In this document: one piece after another, positions 54,385 through 64,000 of the stretch
How positions within the stretch are numbered: position 1 is the stretch's first letter
Layout of the letters: the number at the start of each line of letters is the position of its first letter
Assembly: GCA_963771355.1 (NCBI GenBank)
Contig: CAVYTA010000002.1
Span: 1-64,000 of the forward strand
Length of the DNA stretch: 64,000 nt
Direction of reading: 5' to 3'
Origin: an uncultured Candidatus Rokubacteria bacterium
GTDB lineage: Bacteria > Methylomirabilota > Methylomirabilia > Rokubacteriales > CSP1-6
Notes under the pieces: model-generated
What the model was told of the DNA's origin: nothing
Databases searched by the model: none
What the model saw: the letters and a program-made list of their open reading frames with translations, nothing else
Translations under genes and position numbers: made by a program

Positions 54385-54852
54385 ATGATACGGAAGGTTC
54401 TCGCGATAGTGGTCGTCGGCGTGGCGCTCCTCGCCGTGGCCCCCGCGGCCGAGGCCGGGACGGGGGCACGGGTCCCGGGGGCACGGGAACTGGCGGGGGG
54501 CACGGGTTCCGGGCGGCACGGGTTCCGGGGACACGGCTGGCGGGTTCGTGGCCGCGCGTCCATTTCGGATTTCGGCTTCGGGGCTATCCCTACTATGGCG
54601 GGTACTACCGCTATCCCTACTATGGCGGGTACTACGGCGGCTATCCCTATCCCTACGGGTACTATCCGCCGAGCGTCTACGTCGCTCCGCCCCCGTCCGG
54701 TATATACTGCGCCGCCCCCGGCGGTGGCGGCTCCAGCCCCCGCGCCCGAGATCCAGCGCGAGGTCATCTACCCGCACGGCAAGTACGTGCTCGAGGGGGA
54801 CGGGGTGAGACACCGCCTACCGCTGGACGTGGATCCCGAACCAATAGTCTAG
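54385..54852 (+). CDS. Secreted Gly/His/Tyr/Pro-rich protein (frameshifted)
   Basis: RBS and signal peptide; alternative frames give GHG and YPYYGGY repeats, then IQREVIYPHGKYVLEGDGV. Confidence 0.55.
   Translation: MIRKVLAIVVVGVALLAVAPAAEAGTGARVPGARELAGGTGSGRHGFRGHGWRVRGRASISDFGFGAIPTMAGTTAIPTMAGTTAAIPIPTGTIRRASTSLRPRPVYTAPPPAVAAPAPAPEIQREVIYPHGKYVLEGDGVRHRLPLDVDPEPIV
54583..54665. repeat. 27-bp tandem repeat (GCTATCCCTACTATGGCGGGTACTAC), 2-3 copies
   Basis: Direct reading. Confidence 0.8.
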
Positions 54853-56484
54853 GTCGCCCGCTTGCGGCCGCGCCCGACATAGCCCAGGGCGCGGTCGCGG
54901 CGGCGCCGGGCGGCGTCGCGCGCCCCCGGCGGTCCGTAGCCGCCGCCCCCCGGCGTCGAAACCTGCACGCGGTCGCCCCGCTCGAGCACCCACTGGCGGC
55001 GGTGATTCACCTTCTTCCCGTTGATGCGCACGTCCCCGAGCCCGCCCGGCCGTCCGCCCGCCAGCCCCGGCGCGGGGACGCGCGTCCGCTCCGCCATGAA
55101 GCTCAGCACCACCGGGCGGCGGGACTCCGACTCGAAGAGCACGTCCTGGCCGAGGCCGCCGCGGAAACGCCCGGCGCCGCCGGAGCCCGGCCGCATGCGC
55201 TTGTAGTGGAAGAAGAGCGGCGCGTTGCGCTCCGCCACCTCCACCGGCGTGCTCGAGATATTGCTGGGCCAGGAGAGCACCCCCTCGCCGTCCTTGGCGG
55301 AGGTCGCGCCCATGCCGCCGTTGTAGAAGAGCACCGTGGTATAGGGCCGCCCGTCGTCACGCGTCCCCGACTGGGCCACCGCCCAGAGCGGTGAGCCCGC
55401 GCCGGCCATCACGCGGTCGGGAATCACGTGGTGGAGCGCGCCCAGCACCAGGACCGGCACGTAGTGCCCGGTCTGCGCCCGGCTCACCACCGCGGCGGGG
55501 AACTTCGGGTTGAGGAGACAGCCCTCCGGCGCCACCACCGTCACCGGGCGGTACATGCCCTCGTTGTTGGGCAGCCCGGGCAGCAGCGCGCAGCGCACCG
55601 CGTACGCGGTCATGGCGTAGGTGTAGGCCATCACGCAGTTGATGGCGCGCGGCTGGGCGGGCGACGTGCCGGTGAAGTCGGCGACGATCGCGTCGCCCTT
55701 CACGGTGAGGGCGAGCGCGAAGTGGTACGGCTTCTCGAAGCCGTCGGAGTCCAGCGCGTAGCGATAGGTCCCGTCGGGGACCTTGCTGATCGCGGCCCGC
55801 ATCGCCGCCTCCGACCGGCCGAACAGCTCGTCGCCGAGGGCGTCGAGCCCGTCGAGCTGATAGTCGTCGACGAGCTTCCGCACCCGCGCGTCCATGAGCT
55901 GATTGGCGCTCACCTGCGCCCAGATGTCGCCCACCGTCTGGTCGGGGGTCCGCACATTGGCGCGGATCAGGCGGAGGAGGGTCTCGTCGGGCTCGCCCGC
56001 CCGGATCAGCCAGGTGAGCGGGATGTGCAACCCCTCCTCGAACAGCTCCCGGGCCTCGATGGCCCGCACGCGCCCGCCGATGTCCGGCATGTGCGAGGTG
56101 GTGGAGGAGAACGCCACCAGCCGGTCCGTCCCGTCGTTGCTTGTGGAAGATTGGCTTGACGAGCGAGACGTCGCTCATGTGCCCGGTGCCCTGCCACGGA
56201 TCGTTGGTGATGAGCACGTCGCCGGGTCGCATCCGCTGCGGGCCGATCTCGCGCAGGAAATGGCGCACGGTGGCGGGCAGGGTCCCGATGAAGGACGGGA
56301 TGCTCCCCGAGTTCTGCGCCAGGGCATTGCCCCGCGCGTCGGTCAGCACGCAGGCGAAGTCGTTGGCCTCGTTGGACAGCGTGGAGAAGGAGGTACGCAC
56401 GATGGCCTTGGCCGCCTCATCCACCACCGAGATGATCCGCGTCCAGAGCACTTCCAGCGTAATGGGGTCAAAGCGGGTGGTCAT
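54849..56484 (-). CDS. Hydantoinase B/oxoprolinase family (frameshift ~56120)
   Basis: DPITLEV, TNDPWQGTGH, SHMPDIGG, TPGGGGYG. Confidence 0.85.
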
Positions 56485-58649
56485 GGGGCCGCCTCCGCGA
56501 GCGTCATCACGAGATTGCCACTGGGCGCCACGCGCGCGATGGCGCCGGGCCCGATCACGAGCGTCGAGCCCTCCTCCTCCACCACCGCCGGCCCGGATAT
56601 CGTGTCGCCCACGCCGAGCCGGCGCTGGTCGTACACCGCGGTGGGCACGAAGCCGCCCGCCTCGCGGAAATACGCGGGGCGGCTCCCCTTGAGCGCGCGC
56701 TCGGCGCCCCCGCCCGGGCGTCCCTGCAGCACCACCTCGCTGCCGGACACGGGCGCGCGCACCGCCACGCGGATATTGAGGAACTCCACCGGCACGCCGG
56801 GCGGCGTGAGCGCGAACTTCTCGCGATAGGCCTCCTCGAAGGCGGCGGTGAGCCGGGCGCGGCCCGCCGCGGTGTCCGCGTACGGGCCCTCCGGCAGGCT
56901 CACCACCAGATCGAAGCCCTGGCCGAGGAAGCGGCCGTCGGCCAGCCGCTGGATGGTGGCCGACTCGAGCTTGAGCCCGGTGTCCGCCATCACCGCGCGC
57001 GCCTCGTCCTCGAGCCGCCGGAAGGCAGCCTCCAGCTCGGCCACGTTCCCCTCATCGAGGCGGATGCCCACGGTGGCCACGCGATCCACGCGTGCCGGGG
57101 CCACCAGCAGCCCCAGGGCGGAGGCCACGCCCGCGGAAGGCGGGCAGACGACGCGGGACAGGCCGAGCTTGGCGGCCACCGACCACGCGTGCACCGGCCC
57201 GGCGCCGCCGGTGCAGAGGAGGGCGTAGGCGCGCGGGTCGCGGCCGCGCTCCGCCACGTGGACGCGCGCCGCCGACGCCATGCTCTCGTTCACCACGTCG
57301 TGAATGCCCCACGCCACCTCCGTGGGCGGCAGGCCCAGCCGCGTGGCCAGCCGCTCCACCGCGGCGCGCGCGGCGGCCACGTCGAGCGGCATCGCGCCCC
57401 CCGCGAAGTAGCCAGGATCGAGATAGCCCAGCAGGAGGTCGGCATCGGTCACGGTGGGCTCCGTGCCCCCGAGCCCATAGGCGGCGGGGCCCGGCAGCGA
57501 CCCGGCGCTGCGCGGGCCCACCTTGAGGAGCCCGATCTCGTCCACCGACGCGATGCTGCCGCCGCCGGCGCCGATCTCGATCAGCTCGATGGTGGAGATG
57601 CGGATGGGCAGCCCGCTGCCCTCGATGAAGCGCCGCTGCCGCGCGGCCTCGAACGAGTAGGCGGTCAAGGGCTCGCCGCCGTCCACCAGCGAGAGCTTGG
57701 CGGTGGTGCCCCCCATGTCGAAGGCGAGCACGTTTGGCGAGCCGCTGCCGGAGGGAGCCGCAGCCGAAGGGAGGCGACATCGGGGATCGAGGCGAGCGGA
57801 TATGGAAGTCCCGTCGTCCTTGCCGAAGAAAGCGGCGGCGATGGCGCCGGCGGCGGGGCCCGACTCCAGCATGCGCACCGGCGCGCGCTCCGCCTCCGCC
57901 ACATGGGTGAGGCCGCCGCTGGAGAGCATGAGGAGGAGCGGGGCGGGAATGCTGGCCTCCGAGAGGCGGCGGCCCATGAGCTCCAGATAGCGCTGGGCCA
58001 GCGGCTTGATATACGCATTGGCCACCGTGGTGGACGCGCGCTCGAACTCGCGCACCTCGGGCGCCACCTCGTGCGAGGTGGTGACGGCCAGCCGCGGGAG
58101 GATGCGCGCCACGATGCGGGCGGCCTCCGCCTCGTGACGCGGGTTCGCGTAGGCGTGGAGGAACACGATGGCGATGGCCTCCACTCCCGCCTCCGCGAGG
58201 CGCCGGGCCCGGGCCGCGACTTCGCGGCGGTCGAGACGCCGTCGCACGCGGCCGTCCGCTCCCACGCGCTCCGTCACCTCCAGGCGCAGGTCGCGCGGCA
58301 CCAGGGGCTCCGGCTTGGTGATGGCGAGATCGTAGAGGTCGAACTTCCGCTCTCTCCCGATCTCCAGCGTGTCGGCGAAGCCGGCGGTGGTGAGGAGCCC
58401 GGTGCGCGCGCCCTTTCGCTCGATGAGCGCGTTGGTGAACAGCGTGGTGGCGTGGACCACGCGGGTGAAGCGCGAGGGCTCGAGCCGACCCTCGGCGAGG
58501 AGCGCGGTGACTCCCGCCGCCACCGCGCGCGCGGGATCATCGTGGGTGGTGAGCACCTTCCGGCTCCACTGCCGGCCGGTATCGTGGTCGTAGACCACGA
58601 GGTCGGTGAAGGTGCCGCCGATGTCGATGCCGAGCGAGTAGTGGGGCAC
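56481..58649 (-). CDS. Hydantoinase A/oxoprolinase family
   Basis: GIDIGGTFTD, ESGPAAG, DMGGTT, GAGGGS. Confidence 0.9.
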   Translation of the reverse strand: MPHYSLGIDIGGTFTDLVVYDHDTGRQWSRKVLTTHDDPARAVAAGVTALLAEGRLEPSRFTRVVHATTLFTNALIERKGARTGLLTTAGFADTLEIGRERKFDLYDLAITKPEPLVPRDLRLEVTERVGADGRVRRRLDRREVAARARRLAEAGVEAIAIVFLHAYANPRHEAEAARIVARILPRLAVTTSHEVAPEVREFERASTTVANAYIKPLAQRYLELMGRRLSEASIPAPLLLMLSSGGLTHVAEAERAPVRMLESGPAAGAIAAAFFGKDDGTSISARLDPRCRLPSAAAPSGSGSPNVLAFDMGGTTAKLSLVDGGEPLTAYSFEAARQRRFIEGSGLPIRISTIELIEIGAGGGSIASVDEIGLLKVGPRSAGSLPGPAAYGLGGTEPTVTDADLLLGYLDPGYFAGGAMPLDVAAARAAVERLATRLGLPPTEVAWGIHDVVNESMASAARVHVAERGRDPRAYALLCTGGAGPVHAWSVAAKLGLSRVVCPPSAGVASALGLLVAPARVDRVATVGIRLDEGNVAELEAAFRRLEDEARAVMADTGLKLESATIQRLADGRFLGQGFDLVVSLPEGPYADTAAGRARLTAAFEEAYREKFALTPPGVPVEFLNIRVAVRAPVSGSEVVLQGRPGGGAERALKGSRPAYFREAGGFVPTAVYDQRRLGVGDTISGPAVVEEEGSTLVIGPGAIARVAPSGNLVMTLAEAAP
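57745..57810. repeat. Probable small repeat element inserted in-frame
   Basis: Extra TSISARLDPRCRLPSAAAPSGSG between AAAFFGKDDG and NVLAFDMGGTT. Confidence 0.45.
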
Positions 58650-58655
58650 GCGCGC

Positions 58656-58928
58656 CTACTTCTTGAGCCTCAGATCCTCCATCGGCGCGGAGTACGCGTA
58701 GCCGGGGATGAGGCTGGCCCCGCTCTCCTCCACGCGCGGCCCCACCCCCCAGATGAAGGCCTCGGTCTCCGCGGGGTCCAGCCACTTGGCGGCGAGGGTG
58801 ACGTGCAGCGCCCAGCGCAGCTCGCCTTCCGCGGCGGGCGCGGCGGCGGGCCGCGCGAGGCCGGCGAGGAGCAGCGTGGCGACCAGGACGGCGGCGAGAC
58901 CGGCGCGGGAGATGGGGCGTGGGCTCAT
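58656..58928 (-). pseudogene. Internally deleted family-5 substrate-binding protein
   Basis: Signal peptide plus N-terminus (WALHVTLAAKWLDPAETEAFI) fused directly to C-terminus (WGVGPRVEE..YSAPMEDLRLKK). Confidence 0.7.
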
Positions 58929-58981
58929 GGCGAGACCCTAGGGCGGCGCGCGCCGGAGGTCAAGCCTTTCCGGGGACCGTG

Positions 58982-59869
58982 CTAACCCCGCAGTGTCGCA
59001 TCGAGCGTGTCACGAAGGCCGTCACCCAGCATGTTGAATCCCAGCACGGTCAGCATGATGGCCACGCCGGGAAAGAGCGTGATCCACCAGGCCTGGCGCA
59101 TGTAGTTGCGGCCCTCCGAGAGGATGCCGCCCCATTCCGGCGTGGGGGGCTGTGCGCCCAGCCCGAGGAAGGTCAAGGCCGAGCCGGTGAGCACTGCGGT
59201 GCCGAGCCCGATGGAGATGAAGACCATGAGCGGGCCGGCGATGTTCGGTAGGACGTGGCGCAGCGCGATGCGGAGGTCGCGGCCTCCCAGGGCCCGTGCG
59301 GCCTCGATGTACGGCTCCGCGGTGACGGCCAGCGTGGTCGCGCGCACGAGGCGCACATAGAACGGCACCGCCGACAGGCCCACCGCCACCATGGCCTGCA
59401 CCAGGCCGGGTCCAAGGATCGCGCTCACCGCGAGCGTGAGCAGGATGCCGGGGAAGGCCAGCAGCACTTCGGTGGCCCACTCGATGGGGCCCGCGATGCG
59501 CCCCGGGTACAGTCCCGCCACCAGGCCGAGGCCGCCGCCCAGGGTGACGGCGATGCTCACGGAGATGAAGCCCAGCCAGAGGGAAACACGGCCGCCGAAG
59601 ACCACCCGGCTCCAGACATCGCGCCCGAACTGATCGGTGCCGAAGGGGTTCGCGATCGAGGGCGGGCGGAGTACCTGCCGGGGCGACATCGCGAGGGGGT
59701 CGTGGGTCGCGATCCATGGGGCCAGCAGCGCCATCACGGATACCAGACCGAGGAACGCCGCCCCGATACACGCGGATCGGTTGCGGGCCAGCCGCGGCAG
59801 CACCCGCCGGCGTTCCGCGACGGGGTCAGCGAAGGCGGATGGCGGGGTTGAGGAGGGCATAGAGCACAT
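58982..59869 (-). CDS. Peptide ABC permease (DppC-like)
   Basis: FGTDQFGRD, YIEAARALG, PPTPEWG. Confidence 0.9.
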   Translation of the reverse strand: MCSMPSSTPPSAFADPVAERRRVLPRLARNRSACIGAAFLGLVSVMALLAPWIATHDPLAMSPRQVLRPPSIANPFGTDQFGRDVWSRVVFGGRVSLWLGFISVSIAVTLGGGLGLVAGLYPGRIAGPIEWATEVLLAFPGILLTLAVSAILGPGLVQAMVAVGLSAVPFYVRLVRATTLAVTAEPYIEAARALGGRDLRIALRHVLPNIAGPLMVFISIGLGTAVLTGSALTFLGLGAQPPTPEWGGILSEGRNYMRQAWWITLFPGVAIMLTVLGFNMLGDGLRDTLDATLRG

Positions 59870-60746
59870 CCACCAGCGTGTTGATGGAGACGTAAACGAC
59901 GGCGGCGAAGAAGACCACGCCCTGGACGAGCGGGAAGTCCTTGGCGAGGATCGCCGTCACCGCCAGGCGTCCCACCCCCTGGCGCGCGAAGACCGTCTCG
60001 ATGACCACGGCGCCACTCAGCATGGCGCCGAGCTGTAACGAGGCGATGGTCACCACGGGGATCAGCGAGTTGCGCAAGACATGCCGGATCAGCACGCTCG
60101 CGGGCGGCAAGCCCTTGGCTTGGGCCACCCGCACGTACTCCTTTCGAAGCACGTCGAGCACGCTCGAGCGCACCAGGCGCGCGATCAGCGCGCCCGGACG
60201 GACGGCGAGCGCGACCGCGGGCAGCACGAGGCGGTAGAGACGCCCTGCGCGGTGACCGGGAACCACCAGAGGTGCACGGCGAAGACGAAGATCAGCAGGA
60301 GGCCCAGCCAGAAGGAGGGCATGGAGATGCCCACCACGCGCCGCCGGTGGCGAGGCTGTCCAGCCAGCGGCCGCGCCAGAGGGCGGCGACCACGCCGAGC
60401 GGCACGCCCATCGCCACCGCGAGGCCGAAGGCCGCCAGCGCGAGCTCGGCGGTGGCGGGCAGCTGGCGGGCCAGCTCGGTGGCCACCGGCTGTCGGCTAT
60501 AGAACGAGTACCCGAAGTCGAGCTGCGCGGAGCGCCAGAGGAAGCGCCCGAGCTGGGTGAGGAGCGAGTCGTTGAGCCCGAGCTGCTCGCGCAGCGCCGG
60601 AGCTGCTCGGGCGACGCGCCCACGTCGCCCATCATGAGCAACGCCGGGTCGCCGGGGGCCAGATGCAGGATCAGGAACGTCACCACCGCGGCCCCGAGCA
60701 GCACCAGCAGCGACAGGATGCACCGCCGTACCAGGTACGCGAACAC
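59826..60746 (-). CDS. Peptide ABC permease (DppB-like; frameshifted)
   Basis: APGDPA, YVRVAQAKG, KDFPLVQG; middle part in a shifted frame. Confidence 0.8.
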   Translation of the reverse strand: MFAYLVRRCILSLLVLLGAAVVTFLILHLAPGDPALLMMGDVGASPEQLRRCASSSGSTTRSSPSSGASSGAPRSSTSGTRSIADSRWPPSWPASCPPPPSSRWRPSASRWRWACRSAWSPPSGAAAGWTASPPAARGGHLHALLLAGPPADLRLRRAPLVVPGHRAGRLYRLVLPAVALAVRPGALIARLVRSSVLDVLRKEYVRVAQAKGLPPASVLIRHVLRNSLIPVVTIASLQLGAMLSGAVVIETVFARQGVGRLAVTAILAKDFPLVQGVVFFAAVVYVSINTLVDVLYALLNPAIRLR

Positions 60747-60788
60747 GGCCGGCCCTAGCCGGTCACCGCGCCTCCCCGCCCGGAGTCC

Positions 60789-62417
60789 TCAGGCGCCCAC
60801 GCTCGCATTGTGGAACCAGATTGCCGTCCGCCGGTCGTACTCGACACCCTGCACCCGCGGCGCTTGCGCATTCACGTACTCGGCGTCGAACAGCGGGACC
60901 AGCAGCGCCTCGCGCATGATGCGGCGCTGGATATCGCTGTAGATCTTCGCGCGCTTGGTGAGGTCCAGCGTGGAGGCGCCCTCGTCGAGCAGCGCGTCCA
61001 TGCTCGGCTCGTTGTACATGGACCAGTTCCAGTTGCCGATGTTGGTGGAGCGGAAGTGCAGGCGGAGGAATTCGGGGTCCGCGGTCAGCCAGAACTTGAG
61101 CCCGAGGTTGTGCTCGCCCTTGTTGGCGTCGGAGAACATCCGGGCGCGCTCGAGCAGGCGCAGATCTACCTGGATCCCCACCGCCTGCAGCTGCGTCTGC
61201 ACCATGGTGGCGGTGGAGTCGTAGCCGCCCGCCGCGATGACCTGGAAGATCACCCGGAGCTTCTTGCCGTCCTTCTCACGGGTACCGTCCGCGCCCATCT
61301 TCCAGCCCGCCTCCTCGAGCAGCCGCTTGGCGCGGGCGGGATCGTGCTTGTACATCGTCTCCACCGCCGGATCGTAGCCGAAGGTGGCGCGGGTGAGGGG
61401 GCCGTAGGCGGGCTTGCCGATGCCGAAGAACAGCGTGTCCACGATGGCCTGCTGGTCCACCGCGTGGATGATGGCCTGGCGGACGCGCAGGTCGTCAGTG
61501 GGCGCCTTCTTCACGTTCAGGTTGATATGCCAGGGCGCGCCGGTCTGGAGCACGCGCGAGATCCGGTACTTGCCGGACTTCTGGAGCCGGCCGACCTCCT
61601 GGGCCGGCACGTTCTCAATCACGTCCGCCTCATCGCGCTCCAGCGCGCTCACCCGCGTGGCCTCCTCGGAAATGAACCGGATGAGGATGTTCGGCACCGG
61701 GGCCTTGCCGGTGGGCGGCAGGCCGGCCGGCGACCAGGCATAGGCGCCGTTCCGGACGAGGGCGAGCCGATCCTGGCGCACCCACTCCTTGAACACGTAG
61801 GGCCCGCTGCCCACCGGGCCCACCGCGAACTGGGCGCCGAGCTTCTGGACCGCGGCCGGCGACACCATGCCGGTGAACCCGTGGGCGAGGCCGGCCAGGA
61901 ACGGGGCGTACGGGTTCTTGGTCTTCACGCGCACGGTGGTCGGGTCCACCACCTCCGCCGACTCGTACTCCGCGATCTGGCCGAGGCCCGCGTTCTTCAG
62001 CTCGACGATACGGTCGAGGTTGAACTTCACCGCGGCGGCATCGAAGGGAGTGCCGTCGTGGAAGACGACGCCGGGACGAAGCTTGAAGGTCCACAGCCGT
62101 CCGTCGCGCGAGTTCGTCCACTGCGTAGCGAGCCCCGGGCCCACGGTGCCCTTGCCGTCCTGCCAGGTGAGCGTGTCGCACATGGCGAGCACGGACCGGA
62201 ACGACCAGATGGAGCCGGTGGCATGCGGATCCAGCGAGGGCGGCTCCGACGCGAAGGCGTAGCGCAGGGTGTCGGCGGGGGCGGCGGCCGCCACCCGGCG
62301 CACCGCCGGACCCACGGACGGGCCCAGCGCGACCCCCGCCCCCGCGCCTAGCGCGCCCTGGAGGAACCGCCGCCGGCTCACCTTGCCCGCTCGCCCCGTC
62401 CGCTCATGCTGTCTCAT
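60789..62417 (-). CDS. Family-5 substrate-binding protein with Tat signal
   Basis: SRRRFL; SLDPH; FHDGTPFDAAAVKF; VGSGPY. Confidence 0.85.
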   Translation of the reverse strand: MRQHERTGRAGKVSRRRFLQGALGAGAGVALGPSVGPAVRRVAAAAPADTLRYAFASEPPSLDPHATGSIWSFRSVLAMCDTLTWQDGKGTVGPGLATQWTNSRDGRLWTFKLRPGVVFHDGTPFDAAAVKFNLDRIVELKNAGLGQIAEYESAEVVDPTTVRVKTKNPYAPFLAGLAHGFTGMVSPAAVQKLGAQFAVGPVGSGPYVFKEWVRQDRLALVRNGAYAWSPAGLPPTGKAPVPNILIRFISEEATRVSALERDEADVIENVPAQEVGRLQKSGKYRISRVLQTGAPWHINLNVKKAPTDDLRVRQAIIHAVDQQAIVDTLFFGIGKPAYGPLTRATFGYDPAVETMYKHDPARAKRLLEEAGWKMGADGTREKDGKKLRVIFQVIAAGGYDSTATMVQTQLQAVGIQVDLRLLERARMFSDANKGEHNLGLKFWLTADPEFLRLHFRSTNIGNWNWSMYNEPSMDALLDEGASTLDLTKRAKIYSDIQRRIMREALLVPLFDAEYVNAQAPRVQGVEYDRRTAIWFHNASVGA

Positions 62418-62455
62418 CGTCGCTCTCCTGGAGGTTTCGGCTCGCGCCGCTGGGT

Positions 62456-63610
62456 TCACTTCCGAACGATGTCCGCGCGTCGGCCGAGCGCCTGGATCAG
62501 GCGCGCGTAGATGTCGCGGGCCTTCACGAGCTCCCCGACCCCGATGTGCTCGATGGGACTGTGGGCCAGCTCGATCCGGCCGGGTCCGCACCCCAGCACC
62601 GGGATGCCGAACTGATTCCAGAGATAGGTGCCGTCCGTCCCGGCGGTATAGCACTGCCGCCGCGGCGTCCGACCGATCACCGCCTTCACCACCTCGGCGA
62701 GGGCTTCGACCGCCGCATGGTCGGCCGGCATCAGGTAGGACGGCATCACGAGACGCCGGCGCAGCTCGTACTGGAAGTCGGGGACGGTGGCCGCCAGCCG
62801 CTCGAGAAGCCGGCGCACGTCCGCCTCGGGGCGCTCGTGCGATTCGCCCGGCAGGAACCGCACGTCGAAGTGGAGGCGGCAGCGGTAGGGAATCACCGCC
62901 AGCCGACCCGGCGAGACGGTGATATTGGTGATGGCCGACGTGCACCGGCCGGCCAGCGGGTGCTCCGGCATGGGCAGCTCGGGCCAGGCATTGAGAAACG
63001 CATTCATGAGGAGGAGCGCGCTGGTCCCCGTGTGCGGGATGCTGCTGTGCGCGGTGCGGCCACGCGTCTCCAGCTCGAACTCCACCTTGCCGCGGTGGCC
63101 GAGACAGATCTCGAAGTTGGTGGGCTCCGCGAGCACGGCGAGGTCGGGCGCGTGCGGGAGCGCGGGCGTGACCTGCCGCGTCCCCACGCCCTCACCCGGC
63201 TCCTCCTCGACGACCGCGGTGAGCACCAGACGCCCCGCGAAGCCTTCCGCCCGCGCGGTGGCCGCGGCGGCGACGAGCGCCGCCACCGGCCCCTTCATGT
63301 CGGACGACCCACGGCCCCAGAGCACGGGGCCGGGCGACCCCCACCGGGTGCCATCGACCAGCTCGCCGCTCCACGGATCGTCCATCGCGCCCGCGTCCAC
63401 GACGTCCAGGTGCCCGTTGAGCAGGATGGTCGGCCCGGGGCGATCCCCCGTCAGCTCCGCGATCACATTGCCGTGGCGGTCCACGCGCACCTCGTCGAAG
63501 ACGGGCTTGATCCGGTCGGCCAGATACTCGGCGACCGCGCGCTCGTCACCGCTGACACTGGGGATGCGCACCAGCGCCTGCGCGAGCTCGATCATCTCCA
63601 CGTCAGTCAT
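62456..63610 (-). CDS. M20/M25/M40 metallohydrolase (ArgE/YgeY-like)
   Basis: NGHLDVV, GRGSSDMKG, EEE, AHS, AHSPIEH. Confidence 0.85.
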   Translation of the reverse strand: MTDVEMIELAQALVRIPSVSGDERAVAEYLADRIKPVFDEVRVDRHGNVIAELTGDRPGPTILLNGHLDVVDAGAMDDPWSGELVDGTRWGSPGPVLWGRGSSDMKGPVAALVAAAATARAEGFAGRLVLTAVVEEEPGEGVGTRQVTPALPHAPDLAVLAEPTNFEICLGHRGKVEFELETRGRTAHSSIPHTGTSALLLMNAFLNAWPELPMPEHPLAGRCTSAITNITVSPGRLAVIPYRCRLHFDVRFLPGESHERPEADVRRLLERLAATVPDFQYELRRRLVMPSYLMPADHAAVEALAEVVKAVIGRTPRRQCYTAGTDGTYLWNQFGIPVLGCGPGRIELAHSPIEHIGVGELVKARDIYARLIQALGRRADIVRK

Positions 63611-63721
63611 CGCGGTGTCTTCGTGCATTCATCCTTGCGAACGCCGCGCGGCGTTCGCGCGGTGATGGTAACACTGGGCGGAAACTGGCTCCGCGTGTCC
63701 CGATCGTGTAGAAGAGGGCGC

Positions 63722-64000
63722 GTGAGGATCGCCATCGTGGGGGGCGGGCCGGCGGGACTTTACCTGGCCCTCCTCCTCAAGCGGGCCGACCCGCGGCATG
63801 ACGTGCACGTGGTCGAGCAGAATCCCGCCGGCGCGACGTATGGCTGGGGCGTGGTCTTCTCCGACCGCGCCCTGGGATTTCTCGCCGAGGCGGATCCCGA
63901 ATCCTACGCCGACCTCGCGCCCCGGCTCGAGACGTGGGGCGAGCAGGCCATCGTCCACCGCGGAGTGACGGTGCGCGTCGACGGCCTCGGCTTCTCCGGC
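63722..64000 (+). CDS. FAD-dependent monooxygenase (salicylyl-CoA 5-hydroxylase-like), partial
   Basis: RIAIVGGGPAGLYLALLLK...EQNPAGATYGWGVVFSD. Confidence 0.8.
   Translation, partial: MRIAIVGGGPAGLYLALLLKRADPRHDVHVVEQNPAGATYGWGVVFSDRALGFLAEADPESYADLAPRLETWGEQAIVHRGVTVRVDGLGFSG

Overview
High-GC bacterial window; gene style suggests Ca. Rokubacteria/Methylomirabilota, which is an inference. Positions ~600-18460 form a giant imperfect palindrome centred on a 26-bp hairpin at ~9555. Reading outward from a divergent region, each arm carries a secreted coiled-coil protein, an exosortase and a PrsT-like TPR lipoprotein. Reading inward, each arm carries two GH50/GH42-like secreted glycoside hydrolase genes. 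The inner hydrolase is preceded by a sigma-54 promoter and a c-di-GMP-I (GEMM) riboswitch with a natural C92U change at a ligand-pairing base. A variant PEP-CTERM gene follows the right arm. Downstream are two paralogous membrane pseudokinases, a YLDPGTGS-peptide/glycerophosphotransferase/sulfatase/YidC operon, three ABC systems, an arsenic-resistance cluster, an aromatic ring-cleavage cluster, IorAB, hydantoinase/oxoprolinase A/B and an M20 peptidase. Short antisense fragments of other genes (exosortase, class III cyclase) have been recruited into the 5' ends of two gene types. Frameshifts are frequent and many are probably long-read consensus errors, so pseudogene calls and the palindrome itself need read-level confirmation.
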